A DNA stretch of 64,000 nt from Eledone cirrhosa (Eukaryota): the NCBI GenBank assembly GCA_964016885.1, contig OZ024755.1, positions 41,664,001 through 41,728,000 on the forward strand, read 5' to 3'. Made by a program: the position numbers and the translations under genes. Below are positions 39,201 through 54,200 of this stretch, piece by piece (position 1 is the first letter of the stretch; each line of letters begins with the position of its first letter). The notes under the pieces were generated by a model. It saw only the letters and a list, made by a program, of their open reading frames with translations, searched no databases and was not told the origin of the DNA.

Positions 39201-42200
39201 GTCACTGACATCTCCCTGTCTGTGTCATAGTCCAGAGTTTGGTCACTTTGTCACTGACATCTCCCTGTCTGTGTCATAGTCCAGAGTATGGTCACTTTGT
39301 CACTGACATCTCCCTGTCTGTGTCATACGCCAGAGTATGGTCACTATGTCACTGACATCTCCCTGTCTGTGTCATAGTGCAGAGTTTGGTCACTTTGTCA
39401 CTGACATCTCCCTGTCTGTGTCATACCCCAGAGTATGGTCACTTTGTCACTGACATCTCCCTGTCTGTGTCATAGCCCAGAGTATGGTCACTTTGTCACT
39501 GACATCTCCCTGTCTGTGTCATAGTCCAGAGTATGGTTGTCACTGACATCTCCCTGTCTGTGTCATAGTGCAGAGTTTGGTCACTTTGTCACTGACATCT
39601 CCCTGTCTGTGTCATACCCCAGAGTACTGTCACTTTGTCACTGACATCTCCCTGTCTGTGTCATAGCCCAGAGTATGGTCACTTTGTCACTGACATCTCC
39701 CTGTCTGTGTCATAGCCCAGAGTATGGTCACTTTGTCACTGACATCTCCCTGTCTGTGTCATACCCCAGAGTATGGTCACTTTGTCACCGACATTTCCCT
39801 GTCTGTGTCATAGTCCAGAGTTTGGTCACTTTGTCACTCACATCTCCCTGTCTGTGTCATAGTCCAGAGTATGGTCACTTTGTCAGACATCTCCCTGTCT
39901 GTGTCATAGTCCAGAGTATGGTCACTTTGTCACTGACATCTCCCTGTCTGTGTCATACGCCAGAGTATGGTCACTTTGTCACTGCCATCTCCCTGTCTGT
40001 GTCATACCCCAGAGTATGGTCACTTTGTCACTGACATCTCCCTGTCTGTGTCATAGCCCAGAGTATGGTCACTTTGTCACTGACATCTCCCTGTCTGTGT
40101 CATAGCCCAGAGTATGGTCACTTTGTCACTGACATCTCCCTGTCTGTGTCATAGACCAGAGTATGGTCACTCTGTCACTGACATCTCCCTGTCTGTGTCA
40201 TAGTCCAGAGTTTGGTCACTTTGTCACTGACATCTCCCTGTCACTTTGTCACTGACATCTCCCTGTCTGTGTCATACGCCAGAGTATGGTCACTCTGTCA
40301 CTGACATCTCCCTGTCTGTGTCATAGTCCAGAGTTTGGTCACTTTGTCACTGACATCTCCCTGTCTGTGTCATAGTGCAGAGTATGGTCACTCTGTCACT
40401 GACATCTCCCTGTCTGTGTCATAGTCCAGAGTATGGTCACTTTGTCACTGACATCTCCCTGTCTGTGTCATAGCCCAGAGTATGGTCACTTTGTCACTGA
40501 CATCTCCCTGTCTGTGTCATAGCCCAGAGTATGGTCACTCTGTCACTGACATCTCCCTGTCTGTGTCATAGTCCAGAGTTTGGTCACTTTGTCACTGACA
40601 TCTCCCTGTCTGTGTCATAGTCCAGAGTATGGTCACTTTGTCACTGACATCTCCCTGTCTGTGTCATAGCCCAGAGTATGGTCACTCTGTCACTGACATC
40701 TCCCTGTCTGTGTCATAGTCCAGAGTTTGGTCACTTTGTCACTGACATCTCCCTGTCTGTGTCATAGTCCAGACTATGGTCACTTTGTCACTGACATCTC
40801 CCTGTCTGTGTCATACGCCAGAGTATGGTCACTCTGTCACTGACATCTCCCTGTCTGTGTCATAGTCCAGAGTTTGGTCACTTTGTCACTGACATCTCCC
40901 TGTCTGTGTCATACCCCAGAGTATGGTCACTTTGTCACCGACATTTCCCTGTCTGTGTCATAGTCCAGAGTTTGGTCACTTTGTCACTCACATCTCCCTG
41001 TCTGTGTCAAAGTCCAGAGTATGGTCATTTTGTCAGACATCTCCCTGTCTGTGTCATAGTCCAAAGTATGGTCACTTTGTCACTGACATCTCCCTGTCTG
41101 TGTCATACGCCAGAGTATGGTCACTTTGTCACTGCCATCTCCCTGTCTGTGTCATACCCCAGAGTATGGTCACTTTGTCACTGACATCTCCCTGTCTGTG
41201 TCATAGCCCAGAGTATGGTCACTTTGTCACTGACATCTCCCTGTCTGTGTCATAGCCCAGAGTATGGTCACTTTGTCACTGACATCTCCCTGTCTGTGTC
41301 ATAGACCAGAGTATGGTCACTCTGTCACTGACATCTTCCTGTCTGTGTCATAGTCCAGAGTTTGGTCACTTTGTCACTGACATCTCCCTGTCTGTGTCAT
41401 AGTCCAGACTATGGTCACTTTGTCACTGACATCTCCCTGTCTGTGTCATACGCCAGAGTATGGTCACTCTGTCACTGACATCTCCCTGTCTGTGTCATAG
41501 TCCAGAGTTTGGTCACTTTGTCACTGACATCTCCCTGTCTGTGTCATAGTGCAGAGTATGGTCACTCTGTCACTGACATCTCCCTGTCTGTGTCATAGTC
41601 CAGAGTATGGTCACTTTGTCACTGACATCTCCCTGTCTGTGTCATAGCCCAGAGTATGGTCACTTTGTCACTGACATCTCCCTGTCTGTGTCATAGCCCA
41701 GAGTATGGTCACTCTGTCACTGACATCTCCCTGTCTGTGTCATAGTCCAGAGTTTGGTCACTTTGTCACTGACATCTCCCTGTCTGTGTTATAGTCCAGA
41801 GTATGGTCACTTTGTCACTGACATCTCCCTGTCTGTGTCATACGCCAGAGTATGGTCAATCTGTCACTGACATCTCCCTGTCTGTGTCATAGTGCAGAGT
41901 TTGGTCACTTTGTCACTGACATCTCCCTGTCTGTGTCATACCCCAGAGTATGGTCACTTTGTCACTGACATCTCCCTGTCTGTGTCATAGCCCAGAGTAT
42001 GGTCACTTTGTCACTGACATCTCCCTGTCTGTGTCATAGTCCAGAGTATGGTTGTCACTGACATCTCCCTGTCTGTGTCATAGTGCAGAGTTTGGTCACT
42101 TTGTCACTGACATCTCCCTGTCTGTGTCATACCCCAGAGTACTGTCACTTTGTCACTGACATCTCCCTGTCTGTGTCATAGCCCAGAGTATGATCACTTT

Positions 42201-45200
42201 GTCACTGACATCTCCCTGTCTGTGTCATACCCCAGAGTATGGTCACTTTGTCACCGACATTTCCCTGTCTGTGTCATAGTCCAGAGTTTGGTCACTTTGT
42301 CACTCACATCTCCCTGTCTGTATCATAGTCCAGAGTATGGTCACTTTGTCAGACATCTCCCTGTCTGTGTCATAGTCCAGAGTATGGTCACTTTGTCACT
42401 GACATCTCCCTGTCTGTGTCATACGCCAGAGTATGGTCACTTTGTCACTGCCATCTCCCTGTCTGTGTCATACCCCAGAGTATGGTCACTTTGTCACTGA
42501 CATCTCCCTGTCTGTGTCATAGCCCAGAGTATGGTCACTTAGACAGGGAGATGTCAGTGACAAAGTGACCATACTCTGGGCTATGACACAGACAGGGAGA
42601 TGTCAGTGACAGTGTCATAGCCCAGAGTATGGTCACTTTGTCACTGACATCTCCCTGTCTGTGTCATAGACCAGAGTATGGTCACTCTGTCACTGACATC
42701 TCCCTGTCTGTGTCATACGCCAGAGTATGGTCACTCTGTCACTGACATCTCCCTGTCTGTGTCATAGTCTAGAGTTTGGTCACTTTGTCACTGACATCTC
42801 CCTGTCTGTGTCATAGTGCAGAGTATGGTCACTCTGTCACTGACATCTCCCTGTCTGTGTCATAGTCCAGAGTATGGTCACTTTGTCACTGACATCTCCC
42901 TGTCTGTGTCATAGCCCAGAGTATGGTCACTTTGTCACTGACATCTCCCTGTCTGTGTCATAGCCCAGAGTATGGTCACTCTGTCACTGACATCTCCCTG
43001 TCTGTGTCATAGTCCAGAGTTTGGTCACTTTGTCACTGACATCTCCCTGTCTGTGTCATAGTCCAGAGTATGGTCACTTTGTCACTGACATCTCCCTGTC
43101 TGTGTCATACGCCAGAGTATGGTCACTCTGTCACTGACATCTCCCTGTCTGTGTCATAGTGCAGAGTTTGGTCACTTTGTCACTGACATCTCCCTGTCTG
43201 TGTCATACCGCAGAGTATGGTCACTTTGTCACTGACATCTCCCTGTCTGTGTCATAGCCCAGAGTATGGTCACTTTGTCACTGACATCTCCCTGTCTGTG
43301 TCATAGTCCAGAGTATGGTTGTCACTGACATCTCCCTGTCTGTGTCATAGTGCAGAGTTTGGTCACTTTGTCACTGACATCTCCCTGTCTGTGTCATACC
43401 CCAGAGTACTGTCACTTTGTCACTGACATCTCCCTGTCTGTGTCATAGCCCAGAGTATGGTCACTTTGTCACTGACATCTCCCTGTCTGTGTCATAGCCC
43501 AGAGTATGGTCACTTTGTCACTGACATCTCCTTGTCTGTGTCATACCCCAGAGTATGGTCACTTTGTCACCGACATTTCCCTGTCTGTGTCATAGTCCAG
43601 AGTTTGGTCACTTTATCACTCACATCTCCCTGTCTGTGTCATAGTCCAGAGTATGGTCACTTTGTCAGACATCTCCCTGTCTGTGTCATAGTCCAGAGTA
43701 TGGTCACTTTGTCACTGACATCTCCCTGTCTGTGTCATAGTCCAGAGTATGGTCACTTTGTCACCGACATTTCCCTGTCTGTGTCATAGTCCAGAGTTTG
43801 GTCACTTTGTCACTGACATCTCCCTGTCTGTGTCATAGTCCAGAGTATGGTCACTTTGTCACTGACATCTCCCTGTCTGTGTCATAGTCCAGAGTATGGT
43901 CACTTTGTCACTGAAATCTCCCTGTCTGTGTCATAGCCCAGAGTATGGTCACTTTGTCACTGACATCTCCCTGTCTGTGTCATAGTCCAGAATATGGTCA
44001 CTTTGTCACTGACATCTCCCTGTCTGTGTCATAGCCCAGAGTATGGTCACTTTGTCACTGCCATCTCCCTGTCTGTGTCATAGCCCAGTGTATGGTCACT
44101 TTGTCACTGACATCTCCCTGTCTGTGTCATAGCCCAGAATATGGTCACTTTGTCACTGACATCTCCCTGTCTGTGTCATACGCCAGAGTATGGTCACTCT
44201 GTCACTGACATCTCCCTGTCTGTGTCATAGCCCAGAGTATGGTCACTTTGTCACTGACATCTCCCTGTCTGTGTCATACGCCAGAGTATGGTCACTTTGT
44301 CACTGACATCTCCCTGTCTGTGTCATACGCCAGAGTATGGTCACTTTTTCACTGACATCTCCCTGTCTGTGTCATAGCCCAGAGTATGGTCACTTTGTCA
44401 CTCACATCTCCCTGTCTCTGTCATAGTCCAGAGTATGGTCACTTTGTCACTCACATCTCCCTGTCTGTGTCATAGTCCAGAGTATGGTCACTTTGTCACT
44501 GAAATCTCCCTGTCTGTGTCATAGCCCAGAGTATGGTCACTTTGTCACTGACATCTCCCTGTCGGTGTCATACGCCAGAGTATGGTCACTCTGTCACTGA
44601 CATCTCCCTGTCTGTGTCATAGCCCAGAGTATGGTCACTTTGTCACTGCCATCTCGCTCTCTGTGTCATAGCCAGAGTATGGTCACTTTGTCACTGACAT
44701 CTCCCTGTTTGTGTCATAGCCCAGAGTATGGTCATTTTGTCACTGATATCTCTCTGTCTGTGTCATACGCCAGAGTATGGTCACTTTGTCACTAACATCT
44801 CCCTGTCTGTGTCATAGTCCAGAGTATGGTCACTTTGTCACTGACATCTCCCTGTCTGTGTCATACCCCAGAGTATGGTAACTTTGTCACTCACATCTCC
44901 CTGTCTGTGACATAGTCCAGAGTATGGTCACTTTGTCACTGAAATCTCCCTGTCTGTGTCATACGCCAGAGTATGGTCACTTTGTCACTGACATCTCCCT
45001 GTCTGTGTCATAGCCCAGAGTATGGTCACTTTGTCACTGACATCTCCCTGTCTGTGTCATAGCCCAGAGTATGGTCACTCTGTCACTGACATCTCCCTGT
45101 CTGTGTCATAGTCCAGAGTTTGGTCACTTTGTCACTGACATCTCCCTGTCTGTGTCATAGTCCAGACTATGGTCACTTTGTCACTGACATCTCCCTGTCT

Positions 45201-48200
45201 GTGTCATACGCCAGAGTATGGTCACTCTGTCACTGACATCTCCCTGTCTGTGTCATACGCCAGAGTATGGTCACTTTGTCACTGACATCTCCCTGTCTGT
45301 GTCATACGCCAGAGTATGGTCACTTTGTCACTGACATCTCCCTGTCTGTGTCATACGCCAGAGTATGGTCACTCTGTCACTGACATCTCCCTATCTGTGT
45401 CATAGCCCAGAGTTTGGTCACTTTGTCACTGACATCTCCCTGTCTGTGTCATAGTCCAGAGTAGGGTCACTTTGTCACTGACATCTCCCTGTCTGTGTCA
45501 TACCCCAGAGTACTGTCACTTTGTCACTGACATCTCCCTGTCTGTGTCATAGCCCAGAGTATGGTCACTTTGTCACTGACATCTCCCTGTCTGTGTCATA
45601 GCCCAGAGTATGGTCACTTTGTCACTGACATCTCCTTGTCTGTGTCATACCCCAGAGTATGGTCACTTTGTCACCGACATTTCCCTGTCTGTGTCATAGT
45701 CCAGAGTTTGGTCACTTTATCACTCACATCTCCCTGTCTGTGTCATAGTCCAGAGTATGGTCACTTTGTCAGACATCTCCCTGTCTGTGTCATAGTCCAG
45801 AGTATGGTCACTTTGTCACTGACATCTCCCTGTCTGTGTCATAGTCCAGAGTATGGTCACTTTGTCACCGACATTTCCCTGTCTGTGTCATAGTCCAGAG
45901 TTTGGTCACTTTGTCACTGACATCTCCCTGTCTGTGTCATAGTCCAGAGTATGGTCACTTTGTCACTGACATCTCCCTGTCTGTGTCATAGTCCAGAGTA
46001 TGGTCACTTTGTCACTGAAATCTCCCTGTCTGTGTCATAGCCCAGAGTATGGTCACTTTGTCACTGACATCTCCCTGTCTGTGTCATAGCCCAGAATATG
46101 GTCACTTTGTCACTGACATCTCCCTGTCTGTGTCATAGCCCAGAGTATGGTCACTTTGTCACTGACATCTCCCTGTCTGTGTCATAGTCCAGAGTATGGT
46201 CACTTTGTCACTGCCATCTCCCTGTCTGTGTCATAGCCCAGTGTATGGTCACTTTGTCACTGACATCTCCCTGTCTGTGTCATAGCCCAGAATATGGTCA
46301 CTTTGTCACTGACATCTCCCTGTCTGTGTCATACGCCAGAGTATGGTCACTCTGTCACTGACATCTCCCTGTCTGTGTCATAGCCCAGAGTATGGTCACT
46401 TTGTCACTGACATCTCCCTGTCTGTGTCATACGCCAGAGTATGGTCACTTTGTCACTGACATCTCCCTGTCTGTGTCATAGTCCAGAGTATGGTCACTTT
46501 GTCACTGACATCTCCCTGTCTGTGTCATAGTCCAGAGTTTGGTCACTTTGTCACTGACATCTCCCTGTCTGTGTCATAGTGCAGAGTATGGTCACTCTGT
46601 CACTGACATCTCCCTGTCTGTGTCATAGTCCAGAGTATGGTCACTTTGTCACTGACATCTCCCTGTCTGTGTCATAGCCCAGAGTATGGTCACTTTGTCA
46701 CTGACATCTCCCTGTCTGTGTCATAGCCCAGAGTATGGTCACTCTGTCACTGACATCTCCCTGTCTGTGTCATAGTCCAGAGTTTGGTCACTTTGTCACT
46801 GACATCTCCCTGTCTGTGTCATAGTCCAGAGTATGGTCACTTTGTCACTGACATCTCCCTGTCTGTGTCATACGCCAGAGTATGGTCAATCTGTCACTGA
46901 CATCTCCCTGTCTGTGTCATAGTGCAGAGTTTGGTCACTTTGTCACTGACATCTCCCTGTCTGTGTCATACCCCAGAGTATGGTCACTTTGTCACTGACA
47001 TCTCCCTGTCTGTGTCATAGCCCAGAGTATGGTCACTTTGTCACTGACATCTCCCTGTCTGTGTCATAGTCCAGAGTATGGTTGTCACTGACATCTCCCT
47101 GTCTGTGTCATAGTGCAGAGTTTGGTCACTTTGTCACTGACATCTCCCTGTCTGTGTCATACCCCAGAGTACTGTCACTTTGTCACTGACATCTCCCTGT
47201 CTGTGTCATAGCCCAGAGTATGATCACTTTGTCACTGACATCTCCCTGTCTGTGTCATACCCCAGAGTATGGTCACTTTGTCACCGACATTTCCCTGTCT
47301 GTGTCATAGTCCAGAGTTTGGTCACTTTGTCACTCACATCTCCCTGTCTGTATCATAGTCCAGAGTATGGTCACTTTGTCAGACATCTCCCTGTCTGTGT
47401 CATAGTCCAGAGTATGGTCACTTTGTCACTGACATCTCCCTGTCTGTGTCATACGCCAGAGTATGGTCACTTTGTCACTGCCATCTCCCTGTCTGTGTCA
47501 TACCCCAGAGTATGGTCACTTTGTCACTGACATCTCCCTGTCTGTGTCATAGCCCAGAGTATGGTCACTTAGACAGGGAGATGTCAGTGACAAAGTGACC
47601 ATACTCTGGGCTATGACACAGACAGGGAGATGTCAGTGACAGTGTCATAGCCCAGAGTATGGTCACTTTGTCACTGACATCTCCCTGTCTGTGTCATAGA
47701 CCAGAGTATGGTCACTCTGTCACTGACATCTCCCTGTCTGTGTCATACGCCAGAGTATGGTCACTCTGTCACTGACATCTCCCTGTCTGTGTCATAGTCT
47801 AGAGTTTGGTCACTTTGTCACTGACATCTCCCTGTCTGTGTCATAGTCCAGAGTATGGTCACTTTGTCACTGACATCTCCCTGTCTGTGTCATAGCCCAG
47901 AGTATGGTCACTTTGTCACTGACATCTCCCTGTCTGTGTCATAGCCCAGAGTATGGTCACTCTGTCACTGACATCTCCCTGTCTGTGTCATAGTCCAGAG
48001 TTTGGTCACTTTGTCACTGACATCTCCCTGTCTGTGTCATAGTCCAGAGTATGGTCACTTTGTCACTGACATCTCCCTGTCTGTGTCATACGCCAGAGTA
48101 TGGTCACTCTGTCACTGACATCTCCCTGTCTGTGTCATAGTGCAGAGTTTGGTCACTTTGTCACTGACATCTCCCTGTCTGTGTCATACCGCAGAGTATG

Positions 48201-51200
48201 GTCACTTTGTCACTGACATCTCCCTGTCTGTGTCATAGCCCAGAGTATGGTCACTTTGTCACTGACATCTCCCTGTCTGTGTCATAGTCCAGAGTATGGT
48301 TGTCACTGACATCTCCCTGTCTGTGTCATAGTGCAGAGTTTGGTCACTTTGTCACTGACATCTCCCTGTCTGTGTCATACCCCAGAGTACTGTCACTTTG
48401 TCACTGACATCTCCCTGTCTGTGTCATAGCCCAGAGTATGGTCACTTTGTCACTGACATCTCCCTGTCTGTGTCATAGCCCAGAGTATGGTCACTTTGTC
48501 ACTGACATCTCCTTGTCTGTGTCATACCCCAGAGTATGGTCACTTTGTCACCGACATTTCCCTGTCTGTGTCATAGTCCAGAGTTTGGTCACTTTATCAC
48601 TCACATCTCCCTGTCTGTGTCATAGTCCAGAGTATGGTCACTTTGTCAGACATCTCCCTGTCTGTGTCATAGTCCAGAGTATGGTCACTTTGTCACTGAC
48701 ATCTCCCTGTCTGTGTCATAGTCCAGAGTATGGTCACTTTGTCACCGACATTTCCCTGTCTGTGTCATAGTCCAGAGTTTGGTCACTTTGTCACTGACAT
48801 CTCCCTGTCTGTGTCATAGTCCAGAGTATGGTCACTTTGTCACTGACATCTCCCTGTCTGTGTCATAGTCCAGAGTATGGTCACTTTGTCACTGAAATCT
48901 CCCTGTCTGTGTCATAGCCCAGAGTATGGTCACTTTGTCACTGACATCTCCCTGTCTGTGTCATAGTCCAGAATATGGTCACTTTGTCACTGACATCTCC
49001 CTGTCTGTGTCATAGCCCAGAGTATGGTCACTTTGTCACTGACATCTCCCTGTCTGTGTCATAGTCCAGAGTATGGTCACTTTGTCACTGCCATCTCCCT
49101 GTCTGTGTCATAGCCCAGTGTATGGTCACTTTGTCACTGACATCTCCCTGTCTGTGTCATAGCCCAGAATATGGTCACTTTGTCACTGACATCTCCCTGT
49201 CTGTGTCATACGCCAGAGTATGGTCACTCTGTCACTGACATCTCCCTGTCTGTGTCATAGCCCAGAGTATGGTCACTTTGTCACTGACATCTCCCTGTCT
49301 GTGTCATACGCCAGAGTATGGTCACTTTGTCACTGACATCTCCCTGTCTGTGTCATACGCCAGAGTATGGTCACTTTTTCACTGACATCTCCCTGTCTGT
49401 GTCATAGCCCAGAGTATGGTCACTTTGTCACTCACATCTCCCTGTCTCTGTCATAGTCCAGAGTATGGTCACTTTGTCACTCACATCTCCCTGTCTGTGT
49501 CATAGTCCAGAGTATGGTCACTTTGTCACTGAAATCTCCCTGTCTGTGTCATAGCCCAGAGTATGGTCACTTTGTCACTGACATCTCCCTGTCGGTGTCA
49601 TACGCCAGAGTATGGTCACTCTGTCACTGACATCTCCCTGTCTGTGTCATAGCCCAGAGTATGGTCACTTTGTCACTGCCATCTCGCTCTCTGTGTCATA
49701 GCCAGAGTATGGTCACTTTGTCACTGACATCTCCCTGTTTGTGTCATAGCCCAGAGTATGGTCATTTTGTCACTGATATCTCTCTGTCTGTGTCATACGC
49801 CAGAGTATGGTCACTTTGTCACTAACATCTCCCTGTCTGTGTCATAGTCCAGAGTATGGTCACTTTGTCACTGACATCTCCCTGTCTGTGTCATACCCCA
49901 GAGTATGGTAACTTTGTCACTCACATCTCCCTGTCTGTGACATAGTCCAGAGTATGGTCACTTTGTCACTGAAATCTCCCTGTCTGTGTCATACGCCAGA
50001 GTATGGTCACTTTGTCACTGACATCTCCCTGTCTGTGTCATAGCCCAGAGTATGGTCACTTTGTCACTGACATCTCCCTGTCTGTGTCATAGCCCAGAGT
50101 ATGGTCACTCTGTCACTGACATCTCCCTGTCTGTGTCATAGTCCAGAGTTTGGTCACTTTGTCACTGACATCTCCCTGTCTGTGTCATAGTCCAGACTAT
50201 GGTCACTTTGTCACTGACATCTCCCTGTCTGTGTCATACGCCAGAGTATGGTCACTCTGTCACTGACATCTCCCTGTCTGTGTCATACGCCAGAGTATGG
50301 TCACTTTGTCACTGACATCTCCCTGTCTGTGTCATACGCCAGAGTATGGTCACTTTGTCACTGACATCTCCCTGTCTGTGTCATACGCCAGAGTATGGTC
50401 ACTCTGTCACTGACATCTCCCTATCTGTGTCATAGCCCAGAGTTTGGTCACTTTGTCACTGACATCTCCCTGTCTGTGTCATAGTCCAGAGTAGGGTCAC
50501 TTTGTCACTGACATCTCCCTGTCTGTGTCATACCCCAGAGTACTGTCACTTTGTCACTGACATCTCCCTGTCTGTGTCATAGCCCAGAGTATGGTCACTT
50601 TGTCACTGACATCTCCCTGTCTGTGTCATAGCCCAGAGTATGGTCACTTTGTCACTGACATCTCCTTGTCTGTGTCATACCCCAGAGTATGGTCACTTTG
50701 TCACCGACATTTCCCTGTCTGTGTCATAGTCCAGAGTTTGGTCACTTTATCACTCACATCTCCCTGTCTGTGTCATAGTCCAGAGTATGGTCACTTTGTC
50801 AGACATCTCCCTGTCTGTGTCATAGTCCAGAGTATGGTCACTTTGTCACTGACATCTCCCTGTCTGTGTCATAGTCCAGAGTATGGTCACTTTGTCACCG
50901 ACATTTCCCTGTCTGTGTCATAGTCCAGAGTTTGGTCACTTTGTCACTGACATCTCCCTGTCTGTGTCATAGTCCAGAGTATGGTCACTTTGTCACTGAC
51001 ATCTCCCTGTCTGTGTCATAGTCCAGAGTATGGTCACTTTGTCACTGAAATCTCCCTGTCTGTGTCATAGCCCAGAGTATGGTCACTTTGTCACTGACAT
51101 CTCCCTGTCTGTGTCATAGCCCAGAATATGGTCACTTTGTCACTGACATCTCCCTGTCTTTGTCATAGCCCAGAGTATGGTCACTTTGTCACTGACATCT

Positions 51201-54200
51201 CCCTGTCTGTGTCATAGTCCAGAGTATGGTCACTTTGTCACTGCCATCTCCCTGTCTGTGTCATAGCCCAGTGTATGGTCACTTTGTCACTGACATCTCC
51301 CTGTCTGTGTCATAGCCCAGAATATGGTCACTTTGTCACTGACATCTCCCTGTCTGTGTCATACGCCAGAGTATGGTCACTCTGTCACTGACATCTCCCT
51401 GTCTGTGTCATAGCCCAGAGTATGGTCACTTTGTCACTGACATCTCCCTGTCTGTGTCATACGCCAGAGTATGGTCACTTTGTCACTGACATCTCCCTGT
51501 CTGTGTCATACGCCAGAGTATGGTCACTTTTTCACTGACATCTCCCTGTCTGTGTCATAGCCCAGAGTATGGTCACTTTGTCACTCACATCTCCCTGTCT
51601 CTGTCATAGTCCAGAGTATGGTCACTTTGTCACTCACATCTCCCTGTCTGTGTCATAGTCCAGAGTATGGTCACTTTGTCACTGAAATCTCCCTGTCTGT
51701 GTCATAGCCCAGAGTATGGTCACTTTGTCACTGACATCTCCCTGTCGGTGTCATACGCCAGAGTATGGTCACTCTGTCACTGACATCTCCCTGTCTGTGT
51801 CATAGCCCAGAGTATGGTCACTTTGTCACTGCCATCTCGCTCTCTGTGTCATAGCCAGAGTATGGTCACTTTGTCACTGACATCTCCCTGTTTGTGTCAT
51901 AGCCCAGAGTATGGTCATTTTGTCACTGATATCTCTCTGTCTGTGTCATACGCCAGAGTATGGTCACTTTGTCACTAACATCTCCCTGTCTGTGTCATAG
52001 TCCAGAGTATGGTCACTTTGTCACTGACATCTCCCTGTCTGTGTCATACCCCAGAGTATGGTAACTTTGTCACTCACATCTCCCTGTCTGTGACATAGTC
52101 CAGAGTATGGTCACTTTGTCACTGAAATCTCCCTGTCTGTGTCATACGCCAGAGTATGGTCACTTTGTCACTGACATCTCCCTGTCTGTGTCATAGCCCA
52201 GAGTATGGTCACTTTGTCACTGACATCTCCCTGTCTGTGTCATAGCCCAGAGTATGGTCACTCTGTCACTGACATCTCCCTGTCTGTGTCATAGTCCAGA
52301 GTTTGGTCACTTTGTCACTGACATCTCCCTGTCTGTGTCATAGTCCAGACTATGGTCACTTTGTCACTGACATCTCCCTGTCTGTGTCATACGCCAGAGT
52401 ATGGTCACTCTGTCACTGACATCTCCCTGTCTGTGTCATACGCCAGAGTATGGTCACTTTGTCACTGACATCTCCCTGTCTGTGTCATACGCCAGAGTAT
52501 GGTCACTTTGTCACTGACATCTCCCTGTCTGTGTCATACGCCAGAGTATGGTCACTCTGTCACTGACATCTCCCTATCTGTGTCATAGCCCAGAGTTTGG
52601 TCACTTTGTCACTGACATCTCCCTGTCTGTGTCATAGTCCAGAGTAGGGTCACTTTGTCACTGACATCTCCCTGTCTGTGTCATACGCCAGAGTATGGTC
52701 ACTCTGTCACTGACATCTCCCTGTCTGTGTCATAGTCCAGAGTATGGTCACTTTGTCACTGACATCTCCCTGTCTGTGTCATAGCCCAGAGTATGGTCAC
52801 TTTGTCACTGACATCTCCCTGTCTGTGTCATAGTCCAGAGTATGGTCACTTTGTCACTGACATCTCCCTGTCTGTGTCATAGCCCAGAGTATGGTCACTT
52901 CTGTCACTGACATCTCCCTGTCTGTGTCATAGCCCAGAGTATGGTCACTCTGTCACTGACATCTCCCTGTCTGTGTCATACGCCAGAGTATGGTCACTTT
53001 GTCACTGACATCTCCCTGTCTGTGTCATACCCCAGAGTATGGTCACTTTGTCACTGACATCTCCCTGTCTGTGTCATAGCCCAGAGTATGGTCACTTTGT
53101 CACTGACATCTCCCTGTCTGTGTCATAGCCCAGAGTATGGTCACTCTGTCACTGACATCTCCCTGTCTGTGTCATAGTCCAGAGTTTGGTCACTTTGTCA
53201 CTGACATCTCCCTGTCTGTGTCATAGCCCAGAGTATGGTCACTTTTTCACTGACATCTCCCTGTCTGTGTCATAGCCCAGAGTATGGTCACTTTGTCACT
53301 GACATCTCCCTGTCTGTGTCATAGCCCAGAGTATGGTCACTTTGTCACTGACATCTCCCTGTCTGTGTCATAGTCCAGAGTATGGTCACTTTGTCACTGA
53401 CATCTCCCTGTCTGTGTCATAGCCCAGAGTATGGTCACTTTGTCACTGACATCTCCCTGTCTGTGTCATAGTCCAGAGTATGGTCACTTTGTCACTGACA
53501 TCTCCCTGTCTGTGTCATATTGCAGAGTTTGGTCACTTTGTCACTGACATCTTCCTGTCTGTGTCATACCCCAGAGTATGGTCACTTTGTCACCGACATT
53601 TCCCTGTCTGTGTCATAGTCCAGAGTTTGGTCACTTTGTCACTCACATCTCCCTGTCTGTGTCATAGTCCAGAGTATGGTCACTTTGTCAGACATCTCCC
53701 TGTCTGTGTCATAGTCCAGAGTATGGTCACTTTGTCACTGACATCTCCCTGTCTGTGTCATACCCCAGAGTATGGTTACTTTGTCACTGACATCTCCCTG
53801 TCTGTGTCATACCCCAGAGTATGGTCACTTTGTCACCGACATTTCCCTGTCTGTGTCATAGTCCAGAGTTTGGTCACTTTGTCACTCACATCTCCCTGTC
53901 TGTGTCATAGTTCAGAGTATGGTCACTTTGTCACTGACATCTCCCTGTCTGTGTCATAGTCCAGAGTATGGTCACTTTGTCACTGAAATCTCCCTGTCTG
54001 TGTCATAGCCCAGAGTATGGTCACTTTGTCACCGACATTTCCCTGTCTGTGTCATAGTCCAGAGTTTGGTCACTTTGTCACTCACATCTCCCTGTCTGTG
54101 TCATAGTTCAGAGTATGGTCACTTTGTCACTGACATCTCCCTATCTGTGTCATAGTCCAGAGTATGGTCACTTTGTCACTGAAATCTCCCTGTCTGTGTC

